In this document: positions 1 through 11,230 of the stretch, one piece after another
Position numbering within the stretch: position 1 is the first letter of the stretch
Layout: each line of letters starts with the position of its first letter
Assembly: GCA_030324005.1 (NCBI GenBank)
Contig: JARDVH010000042.1
Location: 71,442,188-71,506,187, forward strand
Reading direction: 5' to 3'
Origin: Negaprion brevirostris
Taxonomy: Eukaryota
Length of the DNA stretch: 64,000 nt
Notes under the pieces: generated by a model
Databases searched by the model: none
Seen by the model: only the letters and a program-made list of their open reading frames with translations
Told to the model about the DNA's origin: nothing
Made by a program: the position numbers and the translations under genes

Positions 1-639
1 AGATGGTGACCATTTGGCCCATCATACCCGTGCTAGCTGCAAAAAAAAGCTATCTGACCTCATATCACTTTACTGCTTTTGTCCCTTCTTAAACCACATT
101 TTAGTAATAGTCATGATATAATCCTAAAGTCCTCTCACCAGCCACATATTCAGTTGAACTACCTCTTATTTCTGCACAGAATGGGCGTAATCTTGAGATG
201 TCTAACTTTGGCACTTGCTTTTTAATTTGTTTCCTAGCTTCCTAAAATCTGCCTGTAGGACCTCATTCCTCTTTCTATCTACATCATTGGAACAATTTGG
301 ACCATGGCTGCTGGCTGCTCACCCATCCCTCTCAAAATATTCTGCAGCCACTTAGTAACAGCCTTGACCCTGAAATTGGGTGGCTGCAGAAATGCCTGTC
401 TCATCTCCTAACCAGTGAATCTCCTTTCACTATTGTTTTCCTGACTCTCCTCCTCCACACCTCCTGCAGAACTGACCCACCCATGATGTTGTGAACTTGG
501 ATCTGACTGTATTCTTTTGAGTTGAACATTGGTTGGAGAAAGAGCCATCTCACTGCCTGTCTGGATTTCCTGACAGTCACCCATTCCCTCTCTCATTCTT
601 AAACTATTGAGTCACCACTTCTTGAAATGTGTTGTCCAT

Positions 640-900
640 GTAGCTAACAGTTTTGCAGATGCACCACAGTGAGACCAGCTGCAGCTCTGAAACCAGAGTG
701 AGAGATCCTCCAGATGACAGCACTTCCTGCACTTGTGATTATGACGGGAGGTGTCCTGGAGTTTCCACATGGCACACTATGTACATCTGACAGGATTGAG
801 GTGTTCTACCATCCATCTATTTAATAGATTGACTGAACTTAACAGAAATAAATTAAAGATCAATAAAAGGATCCTCACCAGCAATCTGCTCCTTTCCTTT
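640..900 (-). mobile_element. CR1-type LINE 5'/ORF1 fragment (decayed)
   Basis: The minus strand resembles the Cys-rich CxxC-MWE...CRKC..L.L.VSELQ N-terminus of CR1 ORF1, with frameshifts. Confidence 0.45.
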
Positions 901-1804
901 TACTGATTCCATTTTCATGTTCCTTTTGGCTCACACGTCATGCTCACACTCCCTCTGGGCTCCGGTCACTGTGCTGCTACGACTCCATTCCATCTATGGT
1001 CCTTATAACNNNNNNNNNNGCTGCTCTCCACTAAACTTCTTTAGGTTCATGTTCCTTACTTCCAGCCCTGGTCTCCATGTTATTTCAGCCTCAAACTCCT
1101 TAAGATACATGCTCCTTTCCTTAGAGCTCCCCAGTTTATTTAATTTCCTGAACTTAAATACTAGAACTGCAATGATGAGATATCTCCGGAGCAATAGCCT
1201 GGCTCCATGGATAACTAGTTCAGTAAGTTAACACTATGTTACCCCTCATTATTTTTGTATTTGTATTTCTGGAATGAGTTAAATCAGATCATAAATCTAT
1301 GTTAAAACAAAATCTGCATAGTACATTCATAATATGGGACATTACTTATCATCCCTCCAAACTCTCCGTACTCATCTTAGCTCTGCTACCTGCAGAACTA
1401 TTCTTCCTTAGATATTATCAATTCCTTCAAGTTCTATTGTCTACCATCATGAGCATGCTATTCTCCCTTATTATGTGAGAGATTTCCCTTTAGCAATAAG
1501 AGTGATGTTGACAGAAGAACTTCCTTCCTGCAGATTGACACCTTTCCCATCATGGTATGTGCAGAGTAATGTGTTCTTCATCTCAAGTTGAAGCAAGTTA
1601 TTTTAACCATTTATGCTCAATCCTAAGATCAGGGTGACAAGGATGAGCTTGGCACGTAAAACTTTAGGAAACTCTCGTGGAACTGAACTTGTTCATACCA
1701 TTATGAGCTTTCAGCAATATTGATTATGTAAACAAAACATTTACATGGCAGCAATGACAGCACTTTAGGAATAATTCAATGGTTATAAATCGTCCTGGGA
1801 TGTC

Positions 1805-2170
1805 TTCTTTTATTTGATCTTGGAATGTGGGCATTGTTGGCAAGACCAACATTTGTTCCCCATCCCTAATTGCCCTTGAGCAGTTGGCAGTCAGCTACCT
1901 TCTTAAACTGTAGTGTAGACACAGCAATGGTGTTGCTGAAAAGGGAGTTTCCATGATTTTGACCCAGCCACATTAAAGAAACAGCGACATAGTTCCAAAT
2001 CAGGATGATATGTGACCTGGAGGGGAATCTGTAGGCGATAGTATCCCTAAGCACCTGCTGCTCTTGTCTTTGAGATGGAAGAAGTCACCGATTTGGAAGG
2101 TATAGCTGAAGGAGTCTTGGCAAGTAGCTGCAGTGCCTCTTTACAGATGGGACAGAGGTATAGAGGAATT
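1805..2170 (-). mobile_element. CR1/L2-clade LINE 3' fragment (family recurring in this window)
   Basis: The block catccctaattgcccttgag...gattttgacccagc...ttccaaatcaggatg recurs at about 25300, 46420, 53940 and 62900. Confidence 0.7.
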
Positions 2171-2639
2171 GGTAAGAAACTATGTAAATGTAAACATTTT
2201 TGTGCTCTTAAAAAGCTTGTTATTTAACTTACAAGATGGACCCAGAACTAGGAAACATGAATATGAGGCTTGATGGACCAAGTGCACTTTCCAATCAATT
2301 ATTTTTAAAATGGATCAGAAGTTAAAAGGTTTATTAAAACGTACCTTTAATTTCAGCAATTATAGTTAACTTGTATTCATCAATTCTTTAAAAAAGAGAA
2401 AAGAATTGAATTAAAATTTGCTGACATTGCAACTGAACAAAAATAATTCAACTACTAAGTTATATCCCTGCTATACATATTTATATTTTTGTTACAAATA
2501 AATATACTTTAAAATTATCATTAATATGTATACTGGCACAAAAATACAGTGATGAATTTTAAGAGCAAGCCAGAGAGGGAGCACTAAGAGAGCAGTGAAA
2601 TTTGAAAGAGTAAAACTGAAGGCAGAGTATTCCTGATGA

Positions 2640-3170
2640 AAAAATAGGATTAGTAGGAAAGGTACTGCAAGCAATTTTAATCTTCATACAGATTGGAGGA
2701 ATCAAATTGGCATAGGTAGCCTGAAAGATGAGATCATAGTGTATATTTGGGACAATTTCTTAGAGCTGTACATTCTAGAGTCAACTGGCAAGCAGCATAT
2801 TTCAGACTTAGTAATGTATAGTAAGACAGTATTAGTTAATGATTCCATTGTCAAGGAGCCTCTAGGCAACAGTGATCATAACCTGATGTAATTTCACTAT
2901 TAGGCTAAGAGTGAGAAAGTGGGTCTAAAACGAGTGTCTTAAGCTTAATTAAGGGTAATTACAAGAGTATGAAGACAGGGTTGGCTAAAGTAGATTTGGA
3001 AAATAGGTTAAAACATTGGATTGTAGAGAGGCAGTAGGAGACATTTAAGCAAATATTTTATAACGCTCAATAATACTACTGAGGAAAACTCTATGAGAAA
3101 GATGCACCATCCATGGCTAATTCAGTAAGTTAGGAATTGTATCAAATTGAAAGAAAGCGCAGACAGCTAT
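2640..3170 (+). mobile_element. CR1 LINE ORF2 endonuclease fragment
   Basis: Decayed APE-endonuclease motifs: (G)NFNLHTDW, DLVMY, PLGNSDHNLM, with stops and frameshifts. Confidence 0.75.
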
Positions 3171-3318
3171 CAGGATCGTGGACAGACACCTCCCTGATGT
3201 TTTAACCAGAACAGTGGGGACCACAGTGTCCAATAAAATTCAGCCAAATGTATCAGATGTCTTCACTTCACAAAAGACGTTCTCACTAAAATCCGCCTTC
3301 AGTAGAAGTCACAGCCTC

Positions 3319-4418
3319 AGAGCAATATTCCCAGCCTGTGGCACTGCTTTTGTAGTGCAGCGGGCTGGGAGACTCTAGCAGAGGCCGTTTCGCAAGCTCC
3401 CACTGGGTGCTACAGTCTTTCTGCATCTCCAGCACTTGGATTTCCAATGTCATCAGCTCTGCACCGGAAATATGCACGGAGCTGCATAGTTTGTGTTAAT
3501 GCTAATCTGCATGTGTTTTAAATATGATTAGCAGGCCCAAGACTGAAATCCCTGGGCCTGGTAGCCTCTTCCTCCTCTCATATCTCACCTGTCGTGTTTC
3601 ACTCCAGGGGAGTTTATTATAGCTCCCACTTGCAGGGAGCTGGAATCCAAGCCTGCTGGAGTGAAAGTGGGGGGGCAATTGAGACCCCCCAGAGGGTCAG
3701 GCACTGCGTGTGTGCCCCCAGGCATTGCCATGTTGGCAGTGCCAGTCTGGACCCCAGTACTGCCCAACAGGCCAAGTGCCAATGCCCAGGGGGCATTGTG
3801 GCATTTCCTACTGGGCATGGGGCAGTGCCAAAGGGGCTAGNNNNNNNNNNGCCCAGATGGGAGTGGGGCCTCTGGGGATAATCAGTGAGGGTGAGCAGTC
3901 CTGTTGCCACTCTGCGCTCAGGATGAGAGACAGAGTGAGGGAGGCCAGCAATCAGGGCTGGCCATCTAGTGGTGCAGGGGGGTTGCAGGGCTCCAGAGGG
4001 GTCAGGGCTCCTGGTAGGGAGGTGGAATCAGTGAGGGGGGAAATCAGTAGATTGTGGCTGTGGGAGGGATCGAGGCTGGCCCAGGCATGTTTGGGGGGGC
4101 CAGCGATCAGGCTGTGGGAGGTGTGGGGGTGGGAAGGCTGGAGATTAGGAGGCTGGCAGACAGGGGCCACTGTGCATGCACCAATCTCAGTGCTGATAGA
4201 TTGCCACATGCACAATGGCCCGCTCAGTGCTATGCTGCCAGCCTCTTGAATGGGAACAGGCCCCACACACGGATTTTTAATGGGATTCACACCATTGCAC
4301 TCTGCAGTGCAGAGTATGGGAAGTTCATTTTGAAAGTCCCGTTAAAAAAACAGCAGGATTTACTCCAGTCTATGAATTTGACACTTTTGAATTTGAAATC
4401 TTTTGGGAAAATCGCCTC
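3319..4418 (+). mobile_element. ~1.1-kb non-autonomous DNA transposon (MITE-like family A, probably PIF/Harbinger-derived)
   Basis: Imperfect TIRs (agagcaatattccc ... gggaaaatcgcctc) around a G-rich core. Homologous blocks (gtcatcagctctgcacc, gtgctgacagattgg, aaaacagcaggatttactccag) also occur at 12845, 18138, 48577 and 56550. Confidence 0.75.
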
Positions 4419-5803
4419 TGACCCATTGAATGGAGGTTACCATGGTGACAAACTTCCAGGCCGGAGCAAGTACAATTTACAGCATCTCCCACATTGTCCA
4501 CTGTTACACAAGGGAGATCACTGAAGTTCCATCTTGGAAGATAGCTGAATACATTTCAGCTGCTTGGTAGTGCAGAACTTGAATATTGCTGAAAAGGGAG
4601 GTACGTTACCAAAGCTTTTGTCTCACATTCCTCAAGACAAACATAAGAATGCCAAACTTCAAGCAATCATAACAATTCATAGCACAGGAGATAAGGTAAG
4701 ATTGAAACGGATTTCTCTATGATTCTGGGGAATATCTAGCCACAGTGTGGAAATATATCCGGGGGTGTCCCAGTTGTAAGATCCTTATCAGGGTAAGGAG
4801 CGGCTTAGTGAATCCATGCAAAGAGAAGGGAGGCAAGATTGTTCACAGCAACTGTTCCTAGCTTTCATCAATACCATTATAATAAATAATCTTGGAGCAT
4901 CATTTCTGGGCCTTTTTCAAATATGTGCCTTAGTGTGGATGATATTATTTTGTTGGCAGACTCAGCTGAATTCATTTCACTCACCATCAATTTGGGGTTA
5001 AAAAGCAGATCGCTGAAAAACTGCATTATAAAATGTCAAAAATCTAAATCTCCAGCGATGTCTTCTCCCAAACCCTCCATGAAATAAATGACACTCATGT
5101 CTCTCTTTTGAAGTCTAAATCTAGAGCAACAATGCATTTTTGTGTTCTTCATTTGTTTTATCTTTGTGCTTAAAGATTAGAACTGATGAAATATTGGGTG
5201 TTCCTGGATCTTAAAACAAGCTTATGTTCCAGTGCTCTCTCATTGTAATTACTTTTCAGATGTCATAGGTGAGGCTGTCACATTTCACAGACAAGCATAT
5301 TGGAATTCAAATATGTGATCCAAAACCCCATTAAAATTCTGGAATCCAACATAATAAAAAGGAAATTAATCTTTAGTCTTTGTAAAGCTATGGCCATTTG
5401 AAGAGTTAACTTAGGACTGTTTTAAGGTTGCCAGTTTTATTGTGCCTGCGGCAGTTTTTTTAAAACAGTTTAATTGTACAGATTGTCATGTAGGGGAGTT
5501 GAGATTGTGCTGTGCAATATAAACACTTATTTTTATACAGGAACATGTTTATTCCACAAAGTGTGTTTTCAATTCTTTTGATGGAAAAAGATGGAGCTTA
5601 ATCTTTAATGAACTGCTGATGATTGCTCCAGAAAATTAAACAATGGCCCAGATCCTCTCGTCTCCAGATATTGTACCCAGGAGGTATGCTGGAAGATGCA
5701 CTGTGGGACCCCCTGGAAATCCCAATGCAAGGATTCCCGCAGGAAGTTTCAACTTCCATTGGGCAATGCTGCTGCATCTGCCACCCTCCAAAACTGAGTT
5801 TGA

Positions 5804-5927
5804 GGTCGGAATTTTACTGGACACCTGCTCCGGAATCGGGGCGGGGAGGCTTGCAGAACGGCATTCCCCATTGGCCTCAGGCGGGATCTTATAAGCCTCG
5901 GGCGGGCAAGGAGGTAAAATTCCGGTA
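5804..5927. mobile_element. ~125-bp MITE (family B), nested in a larger C-rich element (about 5600-6810)
   Basis: TIR cggaattttac ... gtaaaattccg. The interior is similar to copies at 17410, 26262 and 63382. Confidence 0.7.
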
Positions 5928-6915
5928 AAAGTCAGAGACTTTGGATGGTTCTGACTCAATATCAGAATAGCTACACAGGAAAACTTAGTTAAAACCAGTT
6001 CTATCTTCTGTGTGACTATAATACTGCCACCCCTCTGCCCTGACCCTTCCCCCAAAATGCTCCACTGAACCCTAGCCCCCCAGCCTCTGACTACTCAAAC
6101 CCCCAGCTATCCCCCAAACCCCACAACTAATTCTTATCCCATCTACTTCCCTCAACCCTGTCTATCCCCCTACCCGTGGACAACTTCCCCAACCCCCCGC
6201 TATCCCGCTGACCACCCATCTACCCCCNNNNNNNNNNNNNNNNNNNNNNNNNNNNNNNNNNNNNNNNNNNNNNNNNNNNNNNNNNNNNNNNNNNNNNNNN
6301 NNNNNNNNNNNNNNNNNNNNNNNNNNNCTCTGACCACCCAGCTACCCCCTAATTACCATCACAACCATTGAACTACCCATCCATCCCCGACTACCTCGAT
6401 CAACCTCCAACCACCTCTTCAACCTGCACACACCCCCAAATACACCATGACCACCTGTCAACCTACCCTTTACCCCATCACCTACCTACCTGCCATCCTA
6501 CTCCTTCACCCACTTACCTTACACACTCACCTTCTCTCCATAGTTTGTCAAAGTTGCTTTGGGGCATTTAAATTTACTGGAATATGGCATCTAATGATGT
6601 TAAAGAAAGAGATATGGCTCAGTTTCTCCTGAACTCCAAGACCATGAAGGAAGGACGCCCAGACAGGTATGTTCCACACTTTTCAGGAAGCCCAATGTGA
6701 AGTCCAGGTGAGAAATGTGGATCTTCATTCCAAAGTAAGTGAACAGGAGCTGGCAATCCAAGTGTGGTGAGCAAGGCTTTTCACCAAATCTACCATTGAT
6801 TTCCTTCAAAATATCAGAGACTGATGATTTGATTGATCTATTTCAGTTATTGATTGTGCTGCTGAAGGATTGAATTGTTATGTATGTACTTTTGATGAAT
6901 TTGAACTATCCCTAG

Positions 6916-7104
6916 GTCCTTCTTCAGTAATCAGCACTGATGATGATTCTGCCAGTCCATTGCATCATGTAACTAACGGCAGCAACACTCCATCCTCCTC
7001 AGAAGGTGGACCTGATGCAGTTATCATTGGCATGACAAAGATCCCTGTGATTGAAAACCCGCAGTACTTCAGGAATTCTCATGGCTTACTCAAACCCGAC
7101 ACTT
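6916..7104 (+). CDS. NTRK2: NTRK2/TrkB coding exon, intracellular juxtamembrane region with NPQY Shc/FRS2 docking site (189 nt, phase 1-1)
   Basis: Acceptor cctag|GTCCT and donor ACTT|gtgagt. Translates (G)[62 protein letters not shown], closely matching TrkB ([42 protein letters not shown]). TrkC has [25 protein letters not shown] here. Confidence 0.95.
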
Positions 7105-7198
7105 GTGAGTATCTCATTATGAGCAAATTACAAAGTGTAAATGTATGGAAAGCGTGGTGTGTGCCTGTATTGGTCAGAAGTTTCTACTAGATTGAATA

Positions 7199-7760
7199 AG
7201 CTACACCAAGTTACCGGTCCTAACTACACCAAGTTATTGCTCCTAACTACACTAAGTTACCGCTCCTAACTACGCCAAGTTACTGCTTCAAACTAAACCA
7301 AATTACCATTCCTAACTACACCAAGTTACTGCTCCTAACTCCAGCAAGTTGCTGCTCCGAATTGTACAAAGTTATTGCTCCTAACTACACCATGTTACTG
7401 CTCCTAACTACACCAAGTTACTGCCCCTAACTACAGCAAGTTACCAGTCCTAACTACAGGAAGTTACTATTCCTAACTACACCATGTTACCATTCCTAAC
7501 TACACCAAATTTGCCGCTCCTAATTACATGAAGTTATTGCTCCTAACTACAACACATTACCATTCCTAACTATACCAAGTTACAGCTCCTAACTATACCA
7601 AGTTTGGTACGGTTATGGTTACACAATATGCTTTGTCTGTATAACGCGCAAGAAACAATACTTTTCACTGTATGTTAATACATATGACAATAATAAATCA
7701 AATCAAATCAAAACAAAGTTACTGGTCCTAACTACACCAAGTTAACGGCTCCTAACTATA
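7199..7760 (+). repeat. 23-bp minisatellite (ctacaccaagttactgctcctaa)n, about 20 units, interrupted by a LINE 3' tail
   Basis: Head-to-tail degenerate 23-mers with no unique spacers. The array resumes after 7712. Confidence 0.92.
7628..7712 (+). mobile_element. Rex/Babar-type LINE 3' tail ending in (ATCAA)n
   Basis: atgctttgtctgtataacgcgcaagaaacaatacttttcactgtatg...aataaatcaaatcaaatcaaa. The same tail occurs at about 13882, 18940(-), 29835, 30900 and 41000(-). Confidence 0.75.
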
Positions 7761-8399
7761 ACTGGGAATATTTTTAAGGAAAAAAATTAAAAAGAAGCAT
7801 TCCAAAACACTTCCTGATTGCATTGGTTTATGGTAGGTTTTGTGTTTAGCAACGTGCAAGTTAGTTTGAGAGGAAACAAACATCTCTCGAAATGATTGCA
7901 ATTTTAACCGTGATTTGTCCTTGGATTGCTGATTTTCAGTTAAATGGAAACGCTATATAAAAATGGCTAAATCTTATTGGGAAAAGATTAAATGCACTAC
8001 AGCTTTAACATAATTGGAAGTAGCGCAATGCCTGAAACCACAGTAACTTCAGATAATCAAACAGGACCTTCTATTAGTTGATTGCATTGAACACTTCTGG
8101 GCCAATAATCCACTCCTCTTACAATGCAGTCCCATCATAACTCTTGTGGAAGCAACTGAAATTACACTGAAATGCAGATGTAGCAGAACCTGAGCTTCCC
8201 TGGTAGGTAATGAAGCAGATCACCTTATGCCACAATTTAAAGTAATTTTGAGAAAAAAGCTTGCATTGGTATAACACTTTTCACAACCGGTTGCTATCAC
8301 GAAGTTCTTTATAGCTAATTAAATACTTTTGAACGTATTGTTGGACACCCAGAAGCCAGTAAACACACAGCAAACTTTCACAAACAATGAAGTTCCACA

Positions 8400-8720
8400 A
8401 ACAGCAAACTTTCACGAACTGAAATCTGATAATGACCAGATGGTCCTTTTTTGTGATGTGTTTAGTGGTAAATATTGGCCAGGGCACCAGGGATAACTCC
8501 CCCACTCTTCTTTGAAATAGTGCCATAGGATCACTTACATCCACCCAAACAGATTGATGGGTCCTTGTCTTGGTGTCTCATCTGAGACACAACAACTCCA
8601 ATAGTGCAGCACTGCCTCCATATTGCACTGGAGTGTCAGCCTTGATTTTTGTGCTTAAGCCCTGGAGTGACACTTGAATCCAGAAGCTTGCGATGCCCAG
8701 GCAAGAGTGTTACTAACTTA
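8400..8720 (-). mobile_element. DeuSINE-type SINE (SacSINE1-like)
   Basis: Deu-domain-like text (gataactcccccactcttctttgaaatagtgccataggatc...catctgag) plus a tRNA-like head on the minus strand. More decayed relatives at about 15490-15700(-), 28345-28740(+), 38900-39125(+) and 42520-42910(-). Confidence 0.65.
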
Positions 8721-8729
8721 AAAAAAAGT

Positions 8730-9037
8730 TTAAAGTTTTTTTGTTAGTGTCATAAATAGGCTTACATTCACACTGCAATGAAGTTACAGTAAAAATCCCC
8801 TAGTTGCCCCATCCCTGTGCCTGTTCAGGTACACTGCAGGAGAATTTAGCATGGCCAATTCGCCTAACCTGCACATCTTTCATACTGTGGGATGAAACCA
8901 GAGCACCCAAAGGAAACCCACGTAGACACAGTGAGAATGTGAAAACTCCACACAGACAGTGATCCAAGCTGGGAATCGAACCTGGGTCCCTGGCACTGTG
9001 AGGCACTAGGGCTAACCACTGTGCTACCGTGCTGCCC
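8730..9037 (-). mobile_element. HE1-like tRNA-derived V-SINE (tail type 2)
   Basis: The minus strand reads gggcagcacggtagcacagtggttagc...cagggacccaggttcgattccc (pol III A/B boxes), then the V-domain tgtgtggagttt...gggtttcct...ggtttc. Confidence 0.85.
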
Positions 9038-10329
9038 CTTTGAAGTGAATGGTTACTTTAAGCATTATATTTTTCGTTCAGGTGAAGTCAGCAAATGGGA
9101 CTCAATGCAAAATTGACTGTGAATCCACTATTGCCTAGCAGTTAAAGTGAAAGTTTAACTCTGGAGGGAGAAAATATTTTATAAGCGACCCAATACAAGT
9201 GTAGCCTGATTCCCTGTGAGCAGATAGTACCACAACTACCTAACTAACTCACAAGTGTTTCCTCATTTATATCATTGAAGGAACCAATGTGAGCTGCACA
9301 TGTATTTGCCTGCAGCACTATATGCTCCTGGGGAAATGACGTAACCTGGGTATTGACTTTTTACCTATTTAAAGTTGTTTGTTCAGTACAATGTGGGAAG
9401 GTGCAGGGCGGAAGACGTAAAATGATTTCATCAACAGTTTTTATTACATAATAACATTTTATTGTGTTACAAAATATGCCACATTTTCAAATGTCAAATT
9501 ATATTTTAATATTTTCTCTTTAATACAATATGCAGAAACATGTACGGGACAAATGCAAATTTTCCCACAGTCAGCAAGGCTGCACATTCATGTACTAAAC
9601 ATGAATGTTTGGTCTTAGCATTTGAGACCCTAAACATTGTTATTTTAAAACATAAGAGTAGTATAACCTTTGATTTACATTAGGTTTGCCTCTAACACAG
9701 TAATTCTTACAGAACTTGAACTATTTAAATACAACCAGATCAACAGTGTAAGAGTTCTTTGAAAATGTCGTACCTTAAGTCAGTGATGAGGGGAAGGTGA
9801 AAATCAGCATCGTTCATGGTTTAAAGGCCAGACAGAAGATGGGGAGCCATCTAATGATTCCCTGTTTTAACATGCCAATACAAATGAACTCAGTTTGATA
9901 AATTTGCCTGTAAAGCAAACGCATACAGTTGCATATGGAGTAGTTATTGATGATGAGAAGATGAAGGGAATTTCAATAACACTGTAACTGCAGTGCAGAA
10001 ATGTCCAGCACAACTGCAATATTTTACACAAAATCAATTACCTCCATTAGCACAAAAAAGTCCTTTACTGTTTTTCAGTAGATCCTGTTTTATTACTTTT
10101 CATAGGAAGATTTCACCCCACCTTGGGAGGAGGTGAATAAATCTTCAAAGAATAATACCAGCAGCAGGGAAAAGTTTTAGTCGATATCAGGTCAATATTT
10201 TTTTAAATCTGTCAGCAACAAATTGAGGGAAAAACATACTCAGCTTTTAATTTCTTTAAAGTACATGATGTGGTAAATCAAAAAAAAGTTTGATTAAAAG
10301 GAAATGTCTGAACTATTCCTCTGGCCACA

Positions 10330-11230
10330 TGTGGTATTTTATTGCTCCAGGCGCAGTCTGAAAATAATGGGGGATGTGAAGACTGCCACCCTGACTCGCT
10401 ACTCAATGGCAGTTCTGGATGAAATTTTCACTGTGATGACAGGAAACAGGAGCTGGGTCTGTTTTTGGGTTAGATACCCACTTCCGATGGAATTTCCACA
10501 GGGGTGAGTCCAGATTTGGTGTGGAGCTAGGTTTCCTGTCCACTTAGAGTCTGTGGCAGTATGAATGGAGATGGACCTGCTGAACTGTGTGACCCATTCA
10601 GACAGCCTACAGCAGCCATCCTTGCTGACATCCTGAGGGAGAGATTTACAGTTGGTACCAAAGCCTTCCACTTCAGAGGGATGTAAGATGTTACTGAGGA
10701 GCCAGAGGCCTAGCACCCAGGGCAGGACAGACCCTCACTTCATCAAAGCTGAGCTGAATCCAATTCTGGAGGCCGTGAGAGAGGGGAGGGAGATCCTCCT
10801 CCCAGACATCAGAAGGGGAAGGCCACTTTTTCATGCAGCTGGAACACCGTTCTGTTCAGGATCATTTCTCTGCATCTCCTCTTTTCTACTCTTTCACCTC
10901 CTGTTCCTACTCTTCTCCAATGAGCTGCCTTTAACCAGGGCCTTACTGCCCTCAAGGTCCACATCTCTCTGAAGGGCCACTTTATGCAAAATTCATCACC
11001 CAATTGATATGGGCACCAAAATCAAATCTTCAGAGGCCAGGTGGCCAGTTGTCCTGCTGAGCATGCGGCGTTGGTTGGGCTCTGGTAGAGGAGGGAGTAG
11101 CCATCTCTTTGTCCTGTAGGATCCACCCACACACATTGAGGTTGGGGTGAAGAATGAAGGAGTCATGGTGGCTGCCAGGAATTTGAGTAGACACATGTAG
11201 GTAACTCTTGTGGTGGTTGCAGATCATTTG
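10330..11230. mobile_element. Internally deleted PIF/Harbinger remnant: Myb/SANT-like ORF piece (+) and convergent DDE transposase piece (-)
   Basis: + strand 10730-10825 reads PHFIKAELNPILEAVREGREILLP (Myb/SANT-like N-terminus). - strand 11030-11227 reads VSTQIPGSHHDSFILH...GWILQDKE (Harbinger PGSxHD and LLGDxGY motifs). Confidence 0.7.

Noticed and set aside
3710-4524. GC-rich ORFs of 110-180 aa (also at 13029, 22623 and 48771)
   Set aside because: No recognisable protein motifs. Most lie in G-rich MITE-like repeats, and frames are not conserved between copies.
7199-7760. CRISPR-like appearance of the 23-bp repeats with an internal palindrome
   Set aside because: Units are head-to-tail with no unique spacers, there are no cas genes, and the context is a vertebrate intron.
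8950-9037. tRNA-like A/B boxes (also in other SINE heads)
   Set aside because: They belong to tRNA-derived SINEs; there is no complete cloverleaf gene.
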